Origin: a virus
Direction: 5' to 3' (one strand)
IMG/VR virus record: IMGVR_UViG_3300042311_001406
Span: 1-64,000 of that record
DNA: 64,000 bases
Below the pieces are notes generated by a model that was not told the DNA's origin, made no database searches, and saw nothing but the letters and a program-made list of their open reading frames with translations. The translations under genes were made by a program, and so were the position numbers. The stretch's first letter is position 1. Each line of letters starts with the position of its first letter. Positions 19,540 through 28,254 of the stretch are shown here, piece after piece.

Positions 19540-21390
19540 ATGACATTCGGCAGCAGCAGCTTCGGCACCACACCACTTGGCGTCCTGAGCGACGATGGGC
19601 TGCCGCCGCTCACTGGCGTTTTTGCTGCCACGGAGGATTCTGACACGCTCGCTGCGTTCGCCAACGATGGGACAGGTGCCGCGGCTGTTGCCAATTTCGC
19701 GGCAACGGAAGCTCCTGACACGATGGTGGCTGCTGGCTCCATCAGCAATACGCCGCTTGGCGTCGTCATCCTCAGGAACGTTGGCGCCATCTACGGGAAC
19801 AACGTCGTCTGGCTGGACGACATCGAGAGCACGGCCGCATTCGCCTCAACAGAAGCCAACGACACGATGGTTGCCCTGGGCAACGCCGTCGTCAGCAGCA
19901 CGATGTCGGCAGTCGAAGGCGACGACACGCTGGTTGCCCTGGGTGACATCTACGCCAGCGGCGTGTTCGCTGCCACAGAAGACGCTGACACGCTGTCGTC
20001 ATCCGGTGACGTGTACGCCAGCGGCTTCGTGAGTGCATTCGAGGCCGACGACACGCTTGCTGCTTCAGGGTCGTTCCTTGCCGTTGGATCACTGGCATCG
20101 ACCGAAGATGAAGACACGCTGTTTGCTCAAGCCAGCATTGTCGTCGGTGGATCGCTGGCTTCGACGGAGGCCGACGATGCCATGTTCGCGTCTGGCGACA
20201 TCCTCGCCTCTGGCGGCATGGCTGCGATCGAAGGCGACGACACGTTGGTAGCCACAGCGAATGCCGTGCTGAACGCTTCTCTGGCGTCGACTGAAGCGGA
20301 CGACACGCTTTCTGCGACCGGTGTGATCGGCCTTGTTGGCAACCTGGCATCGACTGAAGCGGACGACACGCTCTTTGCGACTGGCGTTATCTCGGCCGTT
20401 GGCGCCATTGCGACCACCGATGATGACGACACGGCAGAGATCTCCGGCTACATCTACGGCTCAGGTTCACTGGCTGCCTCCGAAGAAAACGACACGCTGT
20501 CGGCCGCTGGGTCTGTTTCTGCTGTCGCTATCTTCAATGGAACCGAGGACAACGACACACTCTCTGCGTCTGGCGTGGCTGATGTGATTGGCTCTGCTGC
20601 CATGCATGAGGATGACGACGTTCTCGTCGCCGTCGGACTTCCTGTCTTCGTTGACTCTCCTGAGCTGAGCGCTCGCGGTGTTGATGCAGCGATCCAGCTC
20701 AAGTGGAATTTGAACCCGCTGGTTGTGCCGCTGCAGTTCGAGCTCTTTCGGTCAACGACGACGTTCCCGCAGTTCCACGGCGATGGCGACCTCATCTACA
20801 CAGGGCTCGACTACGCGTTCATGGACACGGATGTCGTCGGGGACGTGCGCTACTTCTACACCATCTTCGCCTTGACCGAGACGACGCCAGAGATCAAGTA
20901 CACGCCTTTCGCAACCAAGGCGACTGCGTTCGCCTCGCTGCGCATCGTCATGAAGGCCAGCGTTGTCACGGAAGAGTACCAGCCGAAGCGTGGTGAGTTT
21001 GGGGCCGCGGCAGCGCCCATTCGATTCCAGCGCGCCAGCAAGGCGTGGGGCGACATCGAGCCAGGAGGCATCCGCCGCAGCGACATCCTACTGTTGCAGC
21101 CTGGAGCGCCAACCAATGTCGTCGCGCCTGTCGCTGGAACCATCTCGGCGGTGCGCGGCAACAGCCTGACGCTCACGAGCGCAGTCGGTGGCTTCCGTTT
21201 CGTCTTGCGCGGACTCGATGCCAGCGTCACTGTCGGCGACGAGGTGCGGGTTGGAGCCAGCATCGGCACACTGCAGGATCGCAGCCTGGAATTCGAGATC
21301 TTCAAACTGCCCGTCGGCACCTTTGGCACCAGAACCGTTCGCCCAGCGCGGTTCTACCTGGAGATCGACGTGCGCGACGGCCGAGGTTAG
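19540..21390 (+). CDS. Acidic 21-aa-repeat fibre protein with FN3-like domain and degenerate M23-like C-terminus
   Basis: About 15 repeats of type ASTEADDTLSATGVIGLVGNL; IQLKWN...FMDTDV...YFYTIFA; VVAPVAGTI...VTVGDEVRVGASIG. Confidence 0.7.
   Translation: MTFGSSSFGTTPLGVLSDDGLPPLTGVFAATEDSDTLAAFANDGTGAAAVANFAATEAPDTMVAAGSISNTPLGVVILRNVGAIYGNNVVWLDDIESTAAFASTEANDTMVALGNAVVSSTMSAVEGDDTLVALGDIYASGVFAATEDADTLSSSGDVYASGFVSAFEADDTLAASGSFLAVGSLASTEDEDTLFAQASIVVGGSLASTEADDAMFASGDILASGGMAAIEGDDTLVATANAVLNASLASTEADDTLSATGVIGLVGNLASTEADDTLFATGVISAVGAIATTDDDDTAEISGYIYGSGSLAASEENDTLSAAGSVSAVAIFNGTEDNDTLSASGVADVIGSAAMHEDDDVLVAVGLPVFVDSPELSARGVDAAIQLKWNLNPLVVPLQFELFRSTTTFPQFHGDGDLIYTGLDYAFMDTDVVGDVRYFYTIFALTETTPEIKYTPFATKATAFASLRIVMKASVVTEEYQPKRGEFGAAAAPIRFQRASKAWGDIEPGGIRRSDILLLQPGAPTNVVAPVAGTISAVRGNSLTLTSAVGGFRFVLRGLDASVTVGDEVRVGASIGTLQDRSLEFEIFKLPVGTFGTRTVRPARFYLEIDVRDGRG
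19840..20640 (+). repeat. Coding tandem repeat, 63-bp period
   Basis: Recurring GA(C/T)GACACGCT units, e.g. CTGGC(G/A)TCGACTGAAGCGGACGACACGCT at 20281 and 20344. Confidence 0.8.
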
Positions 21391-21393
21391 CCA

Positions 21394-24285
21394 ATGACGA
21401 TGACCGATGTCATTCGTGTTCGTGTCTGGATCGAAGGCGTCCTTCTGCCTGATGCTGCGTTTGGCGGCATCGACACAAACTCAGCGGCCAGGGGTGGCGC
21501 TGGCGCAACGTTGTCGATCCTCAACATTCCTGGCATGCGACCTGAGGAGTGGGGGCGCGCTCGCTGCGCCGTGGCGTGGAGCAACGTCGAGATCAGAAAG
21601 ACCCGAGGCGAAGACTGGCCGATGCTGTACGACGGAGAGATCGTCGCGTACGGCGACCACAAGAACCCGATGAGTCGCAGCGTCCAGTTTTCGCTCAACA
21701 GCGAGGACATTCACTTCGATCAGTGCCGTCTGTACTACTTCAATCGAGATACGGGAGCCAACGTCATCAACGTGCCGAAGACAGCGTACTTCTTCGGCAA
21801 CTCGTCGATCGAAGAGAGCATTGCGGCACCCGGTCTTGACACCGTCAATCGTCTCGTCGAAGCCATTCGTGCGCAGGGGAACGCCCCGCTGCCATCGAGC
21901 ATGCGCACGGCTTTCAAGGCAACGCTGAGCACGAACTTCTTCTTTGAGCGAGCTCGCCAGCAGCTTGGTCTCGATCGACGCTTCGGCGTGGCGAAGGATG
22001 ACTTCGCGGCTCTCTTGTACTCGAAGAGGGACCTGTTGTTCTCGCAACTGGAAAACGGCGTCGCCGTTCGCGAGGGCGACACGCCTATTCGACAGATCAT
22101 CGAAGAGATGCTCTCGAAGTTCCGCTACGGCCTGACGGTGAACCCGCAGCCAACCGTGATTCGTGGCGGCGACAAAACCGACTTGTCCCCCATCACCGAA
22201 CAGCGAAACCAGGCGCTCGCATCGGCCGAAGAGATCTGCATTCGCCTGCTGGGTGTTTCGCCTTCGATGGTGCCCATCACCGAGCGAACGACGGACGAAG
22301 AGATCAAGGTCATCGCGCTGAAGATTGCGCACCCCACGACCCGTGCGAACCTCTTCCCGGCTGCAGACCTCAGCCTCGAAGGCGTCAGCCTGCTCAGCGA
22401 TCCGGCGACCAGCACCGGCGACATCCAGAGCTACATGGATGAGATTGGCCCCAGCATCATCGAGTCGTTGAAGCTGATTCGCAGCGAGCTGTTGCGCGCC
22501 GCAAGCACAGCGACGACACGAGCTGCCGTCGAGGTGATGGACGAGGACGCAGACTTCAGGGATTACGTCGCTCAGTTCATGCTGCTGCCAGACATGCAGC
22601 TGGCGGCGATCCCTCGTTGCAATGTGATCTTTCCGAACGAGAACAGCAGCTACAGCACCAGCAGGAACTTTCTGCAGGAGCCGACGCGCACCATGAAGTC
22701 GGTGCCCACCGTCAATGGCGCCTCGGATGAAGTCTACTTCGCTCCTGGCAATCTCTCGACGACTGCCGTCAAGAAGACACCGGTCACGACGTACACCGGC
22801 AACTTCTCCATGTGCCCGCCTGTGCTTGTAGCTGGCGGCATCAGCAAAGTGATGGGGAGCAAGTTCGGGAACCGACAGGACCCACTCAACAGCACGGAGA
22901 CCAAGCTCAAGGCTCACAGGGGCATCGACCTCCGCGTTCCCAAGAGAACGCCAGTGCTCTCGGTGCTGGATGGCACCGTCATGTCGTCCCAGCTCGACAA
23001 GCCAAAGGCTGGTGGCCTGTACGTGGTGATCCAGCATGTCGGGAACGACTATACGAAGTACATGCACCTGCTCTCGTCTTCAGTGAAGCCTGGAGACACG
23101 GTCAAGGCTGGCCAGCAGATCGGATTCAGCGGTGGTGATCCAGCCGACGGGCTCAGCGCTGGCGGCAGCACTGGTCCACATCTTCACTTCGAGCTGCACC
23201 GCGGTAGCCGGTCGAATCCGGTGAACCCGGCCGACTTCCTGTTCAAGTGCCAAGACGCGTTCGACAAGAGCGTTGGCAGCGGCAGCGTGTTGGCGACGTC
23301 GTCGGCAGCCACGGAGATCGCGGCCGTTGACGAAGAAAATGCGCAGACGATGGCTGACGGCATCAACAACACCAGCGAGAAGCCGTTCGCTGATTTCGAG
23401 TTCCTGACGCCCGCAGAAGAGGTCCTTGGCATCGTTCCGAACATCGACACGTCGATGGATCGAACCATGACCACGTACTCCGTGCAGGGTGGAGAAGATG
23501 GCCGGAAGAAATACCTGCAGCAGCTGGTGGAAGCCGATCATCAGTCAGCCAGGTACAGTAGCCGAAGCTTTTCGCCGGTGACGATGCCGTTCACGCCGCG
23601 ACTCGTCGCAGGAATGCCCGGTCTCATCGTCGACAACTTTCGACCCGTGATCGTGTTCATCGAGTCGGTGCATCACTCCTATAACCCAGCTGGCGAGGCA
23701 ACGACGACGGCGTCGGTGCGCGGCTACCGGTTCTGGGACGAGGGCGACCCGTACTACTGGCGCGGCGGCAGGGAAGCATTCAAGGAGGCAACCAAGGATC
23801 AGGATGGCGTCAAACAGCCGGACCCTGACGTCGCCAACTTCCCTGGGTTCATGCTGCCCTCCATCTTCGCGACCAACAGCTACGAAGGTCCGCCTGAGAC
23901 CAGCAATGAACCGTTTGGCGGCAAGAACCAGGCACGTCCGAACGATGCGTTCTTTGAGTCGATGATCGGGTGCAAGGGGCTGCCGTACTACTACACGGAG
24001 CGCCAGAGCCCCATCACCGGCGAGACCTTGTCGTACAACGCCTTCATTGGCCACCTCGTGAACTACTACCGGGCGCTGGTTGACACCAGCCACGAGGCTG
24101 CCTCTGGTTTTGTGGACAGTTTCACCTCTCGCTCGTCAATGCACGTCGACGAATACTTCCTGCAGCTCCTCAAATGCCAACCGGGCGCAGGCGGCTACAA
24201 CGGACCCGCATTCCGTGCAACAATCAGGGCCGTCGTTTTGGACTACGTGGCCAAGGTCAGCTCGTCGCACGCATTCAGAGGGTGA
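21394..24285 (+). CDS. Baseplate hub-like protein with inserted M23 (LytM) peptidoglycan endopeptidase
   Basis: HRGID (HxxxD), TKYMHL, VKPGDTVKAGQQIG, STGPHLHFE (HxH), PVNP. Confidence 0.85.
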   Translation: MTMTDVIRVRVWIEGVLLPDAAFGGIDTNSAARGGAGATLSILNIPGMRPEEWGRARCAVAWSNVEIRKTRGEDWPMLYDGEIVAYGDHKNPMSRSVQFSLNSEDIHFDQCRLYYFNRDTGANVINVPKTAYFFGNSSIEESIAAPGLDTVNRLVEAIRAQGNAPLPSSMRTAFKATLSTNFFFERARQQLGLDRRFGVAKDDFAALLYSKRDLLFSQLENGVAVREGDTPIRQIIEEMLSKFRYGLTVNPQPTVIRGGDKTDLSPITEQRNQALASAEEICIRLLGVSPSMVPITERTTDEEIKVIALKIAHPTTRANLFPAADLSLEGVSLLSDPATSTGDIQSYMDEIGPSIIESLKLIRSELLRAASTATTRAAVEVMDEDADFRDYVAQFMLLPDMQLAAIPRCNVIFPNENSSYSTSRNFLQEPTRTMKSVPTVNGASDEVYFAPGNLSTTAVKKTPVTTYTGNFSMCPPVLVAGGISKVMGSKFGNRQDPLNSTETKLKAHRGIDLRVPKRTPVLSVLDGTVMSSQLDKPKAGGLYVVIQHVGNDYTKYMHLLSSSVKPGDTVKAGQQIGFSGGDPADGLSAGGSTGPHLHFELHRGSRSNPVNPADFLFKCQDAFDKSVGSGSVLATSSAATEIAAVDEENAQTMADGINNTSEKPFADFEFLTPAEEVLGIVPNIDTSMDRTMTTYSVQGGEDGRKKYLQQLVEADHQSARYSSRSFSPVTMPFTPRLVAGMPGLIVDNFRPVIVFIESVHHSYNPAGEATTTASVRGYRFWDEGDPYYWRGGREAFKEATKDQDGVKQPDPDVANFPGFMLPSIFATNSYEGPPETSNEPFGGKNQARPNDAFFESMIGCKGLPYYYTERQSPITGETLSYNAFIGHLVNYYRALVDTSHEAASGFVDSFTSRSSMHVDEYFLQLLKCQPGAGGYNGPAFRATIRAVVLDYVAKVSSSHAFRG

Positions 24286-24287
24286 AC

Positions 24288-25019
24288 ATGCAGCCGAATC
24301 AAGACTCAGAAGAAGCGCTCGCCCTGGCGTTCCAGCGTGGAGATCTCGAAGCGCTGCGTCGCCTTCGGTCGAGGACGAACGACTTGGTTCTGGCTTCCAG
24401 CCGACGGTTCCAGACGGGACCGGGCCACATCCCGGTGACGGTGCTCAACGCCAAGGCCGATGAACTCCTCGTCGACGCTGCTCGCACGTACAAGCCTGGA
24501 ACCGGTGCGACGTTCAGGACGCACCTCTTCAACCATCTGCGTCGCCTGGATCGGTTCACCAAGGCGAATGCGAACATTGCGCACAAGCCAGAAGCTCGCG
24601 CGAACATGATCACAAACTTCAATCAGCAGTACGCTCTGCTGGCTGACAAGAAACAGCGGCCGCCGACGCCAAGCGAGATGGCTGACCACATGTCGATTCC
24701 TGTCGAGCATGTCCAGCTCATGATGAGTTCGCAGCGTCGAGAAATCCCATGGAGCCATGGGACTGGCACCAGCAACGCCTCCATGAATGAAGCGCACGTC
24801 AACATGGTGCTCTCGAACATCCGCCACGAACTCACTCCTGATGAGATCAAGGTGTTCGACTACCTCATGGGCACCAACGGCAAGAAGAAGACAGCGGTCG
24901 GCGGCGAGATCGCCAAAGGCACTGGATTCAGTCAGGCCAAGGTGAGCCAGCTGCGCACCGCCATCGCCAAGAAGATTCAGCCGCACCTGTCTGGGATGAC
25001 GGCACGGAGCTTCGCGTGA
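24288..25019 (+). CDS. RNA polymerase sigma-70 family factor (FliA/SigF-like)
   Basis: Region 2 GATFRTHLFNHLRRL; region 3 RPPTPSEMADHMSIPVEHV; region 4 LTPDEIKVF...EIAKGTGFSQAKVSQL; likely start ATG 24288. Confidence 0.8.
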   Translation: MQPNQDSEEALALAFQRGDLEALRRLRSRTNDLVLASSRRFQTGPGHIPVTVLNAKADELLVDAARTYKPGTGATFRTHLFNHLRRLDRFTKANANIAHKPEARANMITNFNQQYALLADKKQRPPTPSEMADHMSIPVEHVQLMMSSQRREIPWSHGTGTSNASMNEAHVNMVLSNIRHELTPDEIKVFDYLMGTNGKKKTAVGGEIAKGTGFSQAKVSQLRTAIAKKIQPHLSGMTARSFA

Positions 25020-27835
25020 ACCCAAGCGACATCCAGACCTCAGCCGAGCTCAAAGCCGAGCTGTTGCGGACCGCGGCCCAAGCGGAGTCGGACGCTGCTG
25101 TCGACAAGCAGGCGCTCTTTGGTGACGCTGCTCTGCCGAGCAGTGACCTCAGCGCCTTCGACGTCGCCTTCGAGGCCATTCGGCAGCAGGTGCTCTCGCA
25201 GATGTCGACTGGAGCAGACCAGCTCCTGGTCATTGCGTTGCAAGAGGCCGTGAGCCTCATCGACGACCTTCGTGCACTGGTTGACGAGATTGGCCTCAAC
25301 GCCATCCAGATGGGCCTCGCAGCAGCCAGCGGCGTGCTGATCCCGCCCACAAGCGACGACCTTGACGACTACAGCGACGAGGTCAAGGAGGCACAATCGC
25401 AAGCTCGCTTGGTGGGGCGTGACCTCGCCAACGCGCGCGCGCGTCGCGAGGCGGCCCGCACTGGCCAGCTTGTGGCGACGGCGACACCCACTGAGCGCGA
25501 AGACGCCGTCGACGTCAACGGGAGCTTCGTCACGGCTGGCAACAACAGCGCCACGCGGCCAGGCACCAGCACGAACCAAGCACAGCAACTGCAGGAGATG
25601 CTGCGGGCGCCGATCTTGACGCGCCTGCACTACGTGGCCATCTGCACGGCGTTGGCGCAGCTTTCTTCGTCGAGAGCGGCCCAGCAGAAAGCCCAACGGA
25701 TTCACACCAAGCTGAAGACACTGATCGACCAGATCAAAAGGGTTCTGGATGAGGGGTTTCTTGGTGTGCTGCAAGACTCGATTCAGGAGCGCGCCAACGC
25801 CGCCGTCACCGGCCTGGTCGACACCCTGCAGTCGAAGCTTGACGCCATTGACGCTTTCACGAAGACAATCGCCGGTCTGCCTGGCGCGCTGGTCTCGACT
25901 GTTTCAGCCATTGGCGACATTGGTGACCAGACGCCGCTGCTGAACAGCCTCGGCACGCTGTGTGGCATCAAGGGGTCGCGGTTCTGCGACTTCCAGGGTT
26001 TGCTCGACATCGCTTCGAGCCTCGACGGCGACCTTGGTCTCAAGTTCCCGAAGCTGCCCATGGTTGGGCGCATTCAACTTGCTCTCGTGGTCAGCGGCCA
26101 AGATCAGGTGGCAACGATTCCGGTGATCCCTGGGCAACAGGCTGAACTCATCCTTGTCGAGGCTTCGCCAGCGGGCTCAACACAGATCAAGGCAAAGTTC
26201 TCGGGAGACGACCGACCGACGACGACGAACTCTGCCGGTGGAACCAGTGAGCGGCCAGACGCCTTCGGCAACGGAGCAGGATCGCTGACACTGCGATCGC
26301 CAGGAGCATCGGTCTCAGAGACGGTGCGCTACACGAGCGTCACGTTCTCGAATGGCGTCTACACCTTCAACCTCGCGACACCGCTGGCGTCTCGCCATGC
26401 GCCATGGATGGTAGCCAACACGGACACCGCACAGCTGGCTGGCTGGAACGATGACACTCGGTTCCTGCCGGGGAGCCAGTTGCGTGTGCGGATGCCGACA
26501 TCGCAGCGTCAGAAGGATCTGGTTGTCCCGTCGAGCATCCTCATTGGCGGCAACGAGACGTGGTCGCGCAACGGCACGTACAAGCGCATCTCGTCGACGG
26601 TCATCGAATCGACGACACAGAACACGTCAACGCTGCGAACCTTCAGGTCTTGGCACATCGGACAGCGTATCCTGGTCAACGGCGCCGCCATGTTCATCGA
26701 CGGCATCACCGACGGCGGCAACTCTGGGTACGATCGCGCGACGCTGAGCGCCTCCATTAGCTCTGCCACGACTGGCAGCTACTCCATCAACTTCAGCAGC
26801 TCAGAGATTCGCGACCTCGTCAGCGTCAACGACGTGGCTGGATCTCCTCAGATCCTGCAGCTCGGCATGAGCAGCCTTATCGGGCGAGATCACCAGCGTC
26901 TTGTGCTTTCGGCCCAGAAGACGCTGCGTGTCGTTCCTGATGCTGTTGGCGCATTTCTGTCGTCATCAGAGTCGCCAGCCAACCCAAACGTCCGCACGAA
27001 CACACGCACGCTTCCAGTCGGCAGCACCGTGGTTCGCGGTCGCTTCCTCGACTCGACTCAGGCCGCCATCTTCACGCCGATCATCACAGGTCTTGGATCT
27101 GGCAGTCTCACCATCGCTGGAGGTTCTGATCTCTCATGGTCAGCGGTCGTCTCCGAGCCTGATGACGTTCTTCGCTTTACGCTGTCGACGCCAACGACGG
27201 TGGCAGCAGAGCAAGCCGCGGCCGTCGAAGTCGAGACGACGAGCATGCTCACGCAGTTCTCTCTGACGTTTGACATGACATGGTCTGATCCTCTGGACAA
27301 TGCTCTTCGCCAGATTCTGGTGATGATGAACCGGATCGAGTCTCAGTTCTGCAAACTGCTCTCTGGGAGCAGCCAGGAGATGGCTGGCAACATGGCCATT
27401 CTTGCTGCTGGCGCGACGGCGGCCAGCCTGTCCCTGACCGCGACCAGGTTCATGCTGGTGGCCTGGCTGGCTCCGCTGCTCATCAATAACGACATGAGCT
27501 CGCTGGTGTCCCAGCTGCAGGCAATGGGCGCTGTGCGGGCGGCGCAGGCGTTGCGGGAGGGCAGGGTCGAAGACTTCGTGGCGATGAAGCCAAGCGAATC
27601 GACACAAGCCGGGGCCAGCGAAACCCTGATTGAGGAGCTCCGCGGAAGACTTCGTGACGAGAACGAATACGCGGCTTACGCTGCGGCCAGTGCACAAGTT
27701 TCTGGGCAGCACAACTCGGTCATGATGGCCGGAGCCGTGACTGCCGACATCAAGATCGCCCAGCGTGACGAACTTCAGCGACGTGAGCAGGCCGCAAGAA
27801 ATCTGAGACGGTTGGCGGAGGACATCCCCGTATGA
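25016..27835 (+). CDS. Large baseplate-region structural protein
   Basis: Helical termini around a beta-rich core; coupled to flanking genes. Confidence 0.55.
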   Translation: MNPSDIQTSAELKAELLRTAAQAESDAAVDKQALFGDAALPSSDLSAFDVAFEAIRQQVLSQMSTGADQLLVIALQEAVSLIDDLRALVDEIGLNAIQMGLAAASGVLIPPTSDDLDDYSDEVKEAQSQARLVGRDLANARARREAARTGQLVATATPTEREDAVDVNGSFVTAGNNSATRPGTSTNQAQQLQEMLRAPILTRLHYVAICTALAQLSSSRAAQQKAQRIHTKLKTLIDQIKRVLDEGFLGVLQDSIQERANAAVTGLVDTLQSKLDAIDAFTKTIAGLPGALVSTVSAIGDIGDQTPLLNSLGTLCGIKGSRFCDFQGLLDIASSLDGDLGLKFPKLPMVGRIQLALVVSGQDQVATIPVIPGQQAELILVEASPAGSTQIKAKFSGDDRPTTTNSAGGTSERPDAFGNGAGSLTLRSPGASVSETVRYTSVTFSNGVYTFNLATPLASRHAPWMVANTDTAQLAGWNDDTRFLPGSQLRVRMPTSQRQKDLVVPSSILIGGNETWSRNGTYKRISSTVIESTTQNTSTLRTFRSWHIGQRILVNGAAMFIDGITDGGNSGYDRATLSASISSATTGSYSINFSSSEIRDLVSVNDVAGSPQILQLGMSSLIGRDHQRLVLSAQKTLRVVPDAVGAFLSSSESPANPNVRTNTRTLPVGSTVVRGRFLDSTQAAIFTPIITGLGSGSLTIAGGSDLSWSAVVSEPDDVLRFTLSTPTTVAAEQAAAVEVETTSMLTQFSLTFDMTWSDPLDNALRQILVMMNRIESQFCKLLSGSSQEMAGNMAILAAGATAASLSLTATRFMLVAWLAPLLINNDMSSLVSQLQAMGAVRAAQALREGRVEDFVAMKPSESTQAGASETLIEELRGRLRDENEYAAYAAASAQVSGQHNSVMMAGAVTADIKIAQRDELQRREQAARNLRRLAEDIPV

Positions 27836-28254
27836 GCGACATCAGCCTCTTCACCTTGGACAGAGACGGCATCGTCGTCTTCAGCATGAAGGGCATCGAT
27901 CGCGAGGTGTCTGGGCCGGCTGAAGCGCTGCAGCTTGTCGCGAAGTGCATGCTCACCGAGCCAGGCAGCGACGCCTTTGCTCCCAGCGACGGCGGCGGCG
28001 TCAAGGACATGATGGCCAAGGGGATGCAGGGCGTCGAGAGCACCCGAGTGGATGCCGCCATCATCGTACGCAAGACGATGGAGACCATCCGGCGCACGCA
28101 GCGCAGTGACCGCCCAGCCAATGCCACCGTGGTTGCGCTGGAACTCGTTGACGCCGTCCCAGTCCGCAACGACACCAAGATCATCATGCGTGTCAGAATT
28201 CGTCTGCAGGACGGCAGTTCTTTCGTTTCAGGCTTCCGAGGTGTCTATGGTTGA
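27832..28254 (+). CDS. Baseplate wedge/sheath initiator (T4 gp25-like)
   Basis: 140 aa; VSGPAEALQLVAKCMLTEPGS..F.P..GGG; directly before J-like gene. Confidence 0.7.
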   Translation: MSDISLFTLDRDGIVVFSMKGIDREVSGPAEALQLVAKCMLTEPGSDAFAPSDGGGVKDMMAKGMQGVESTRVDAAIIVRKTMETIRRTQRSDRPANATVVALELVDAVPVRNDTKIIMRVRIRLQDGSSFVSGFRGVYG

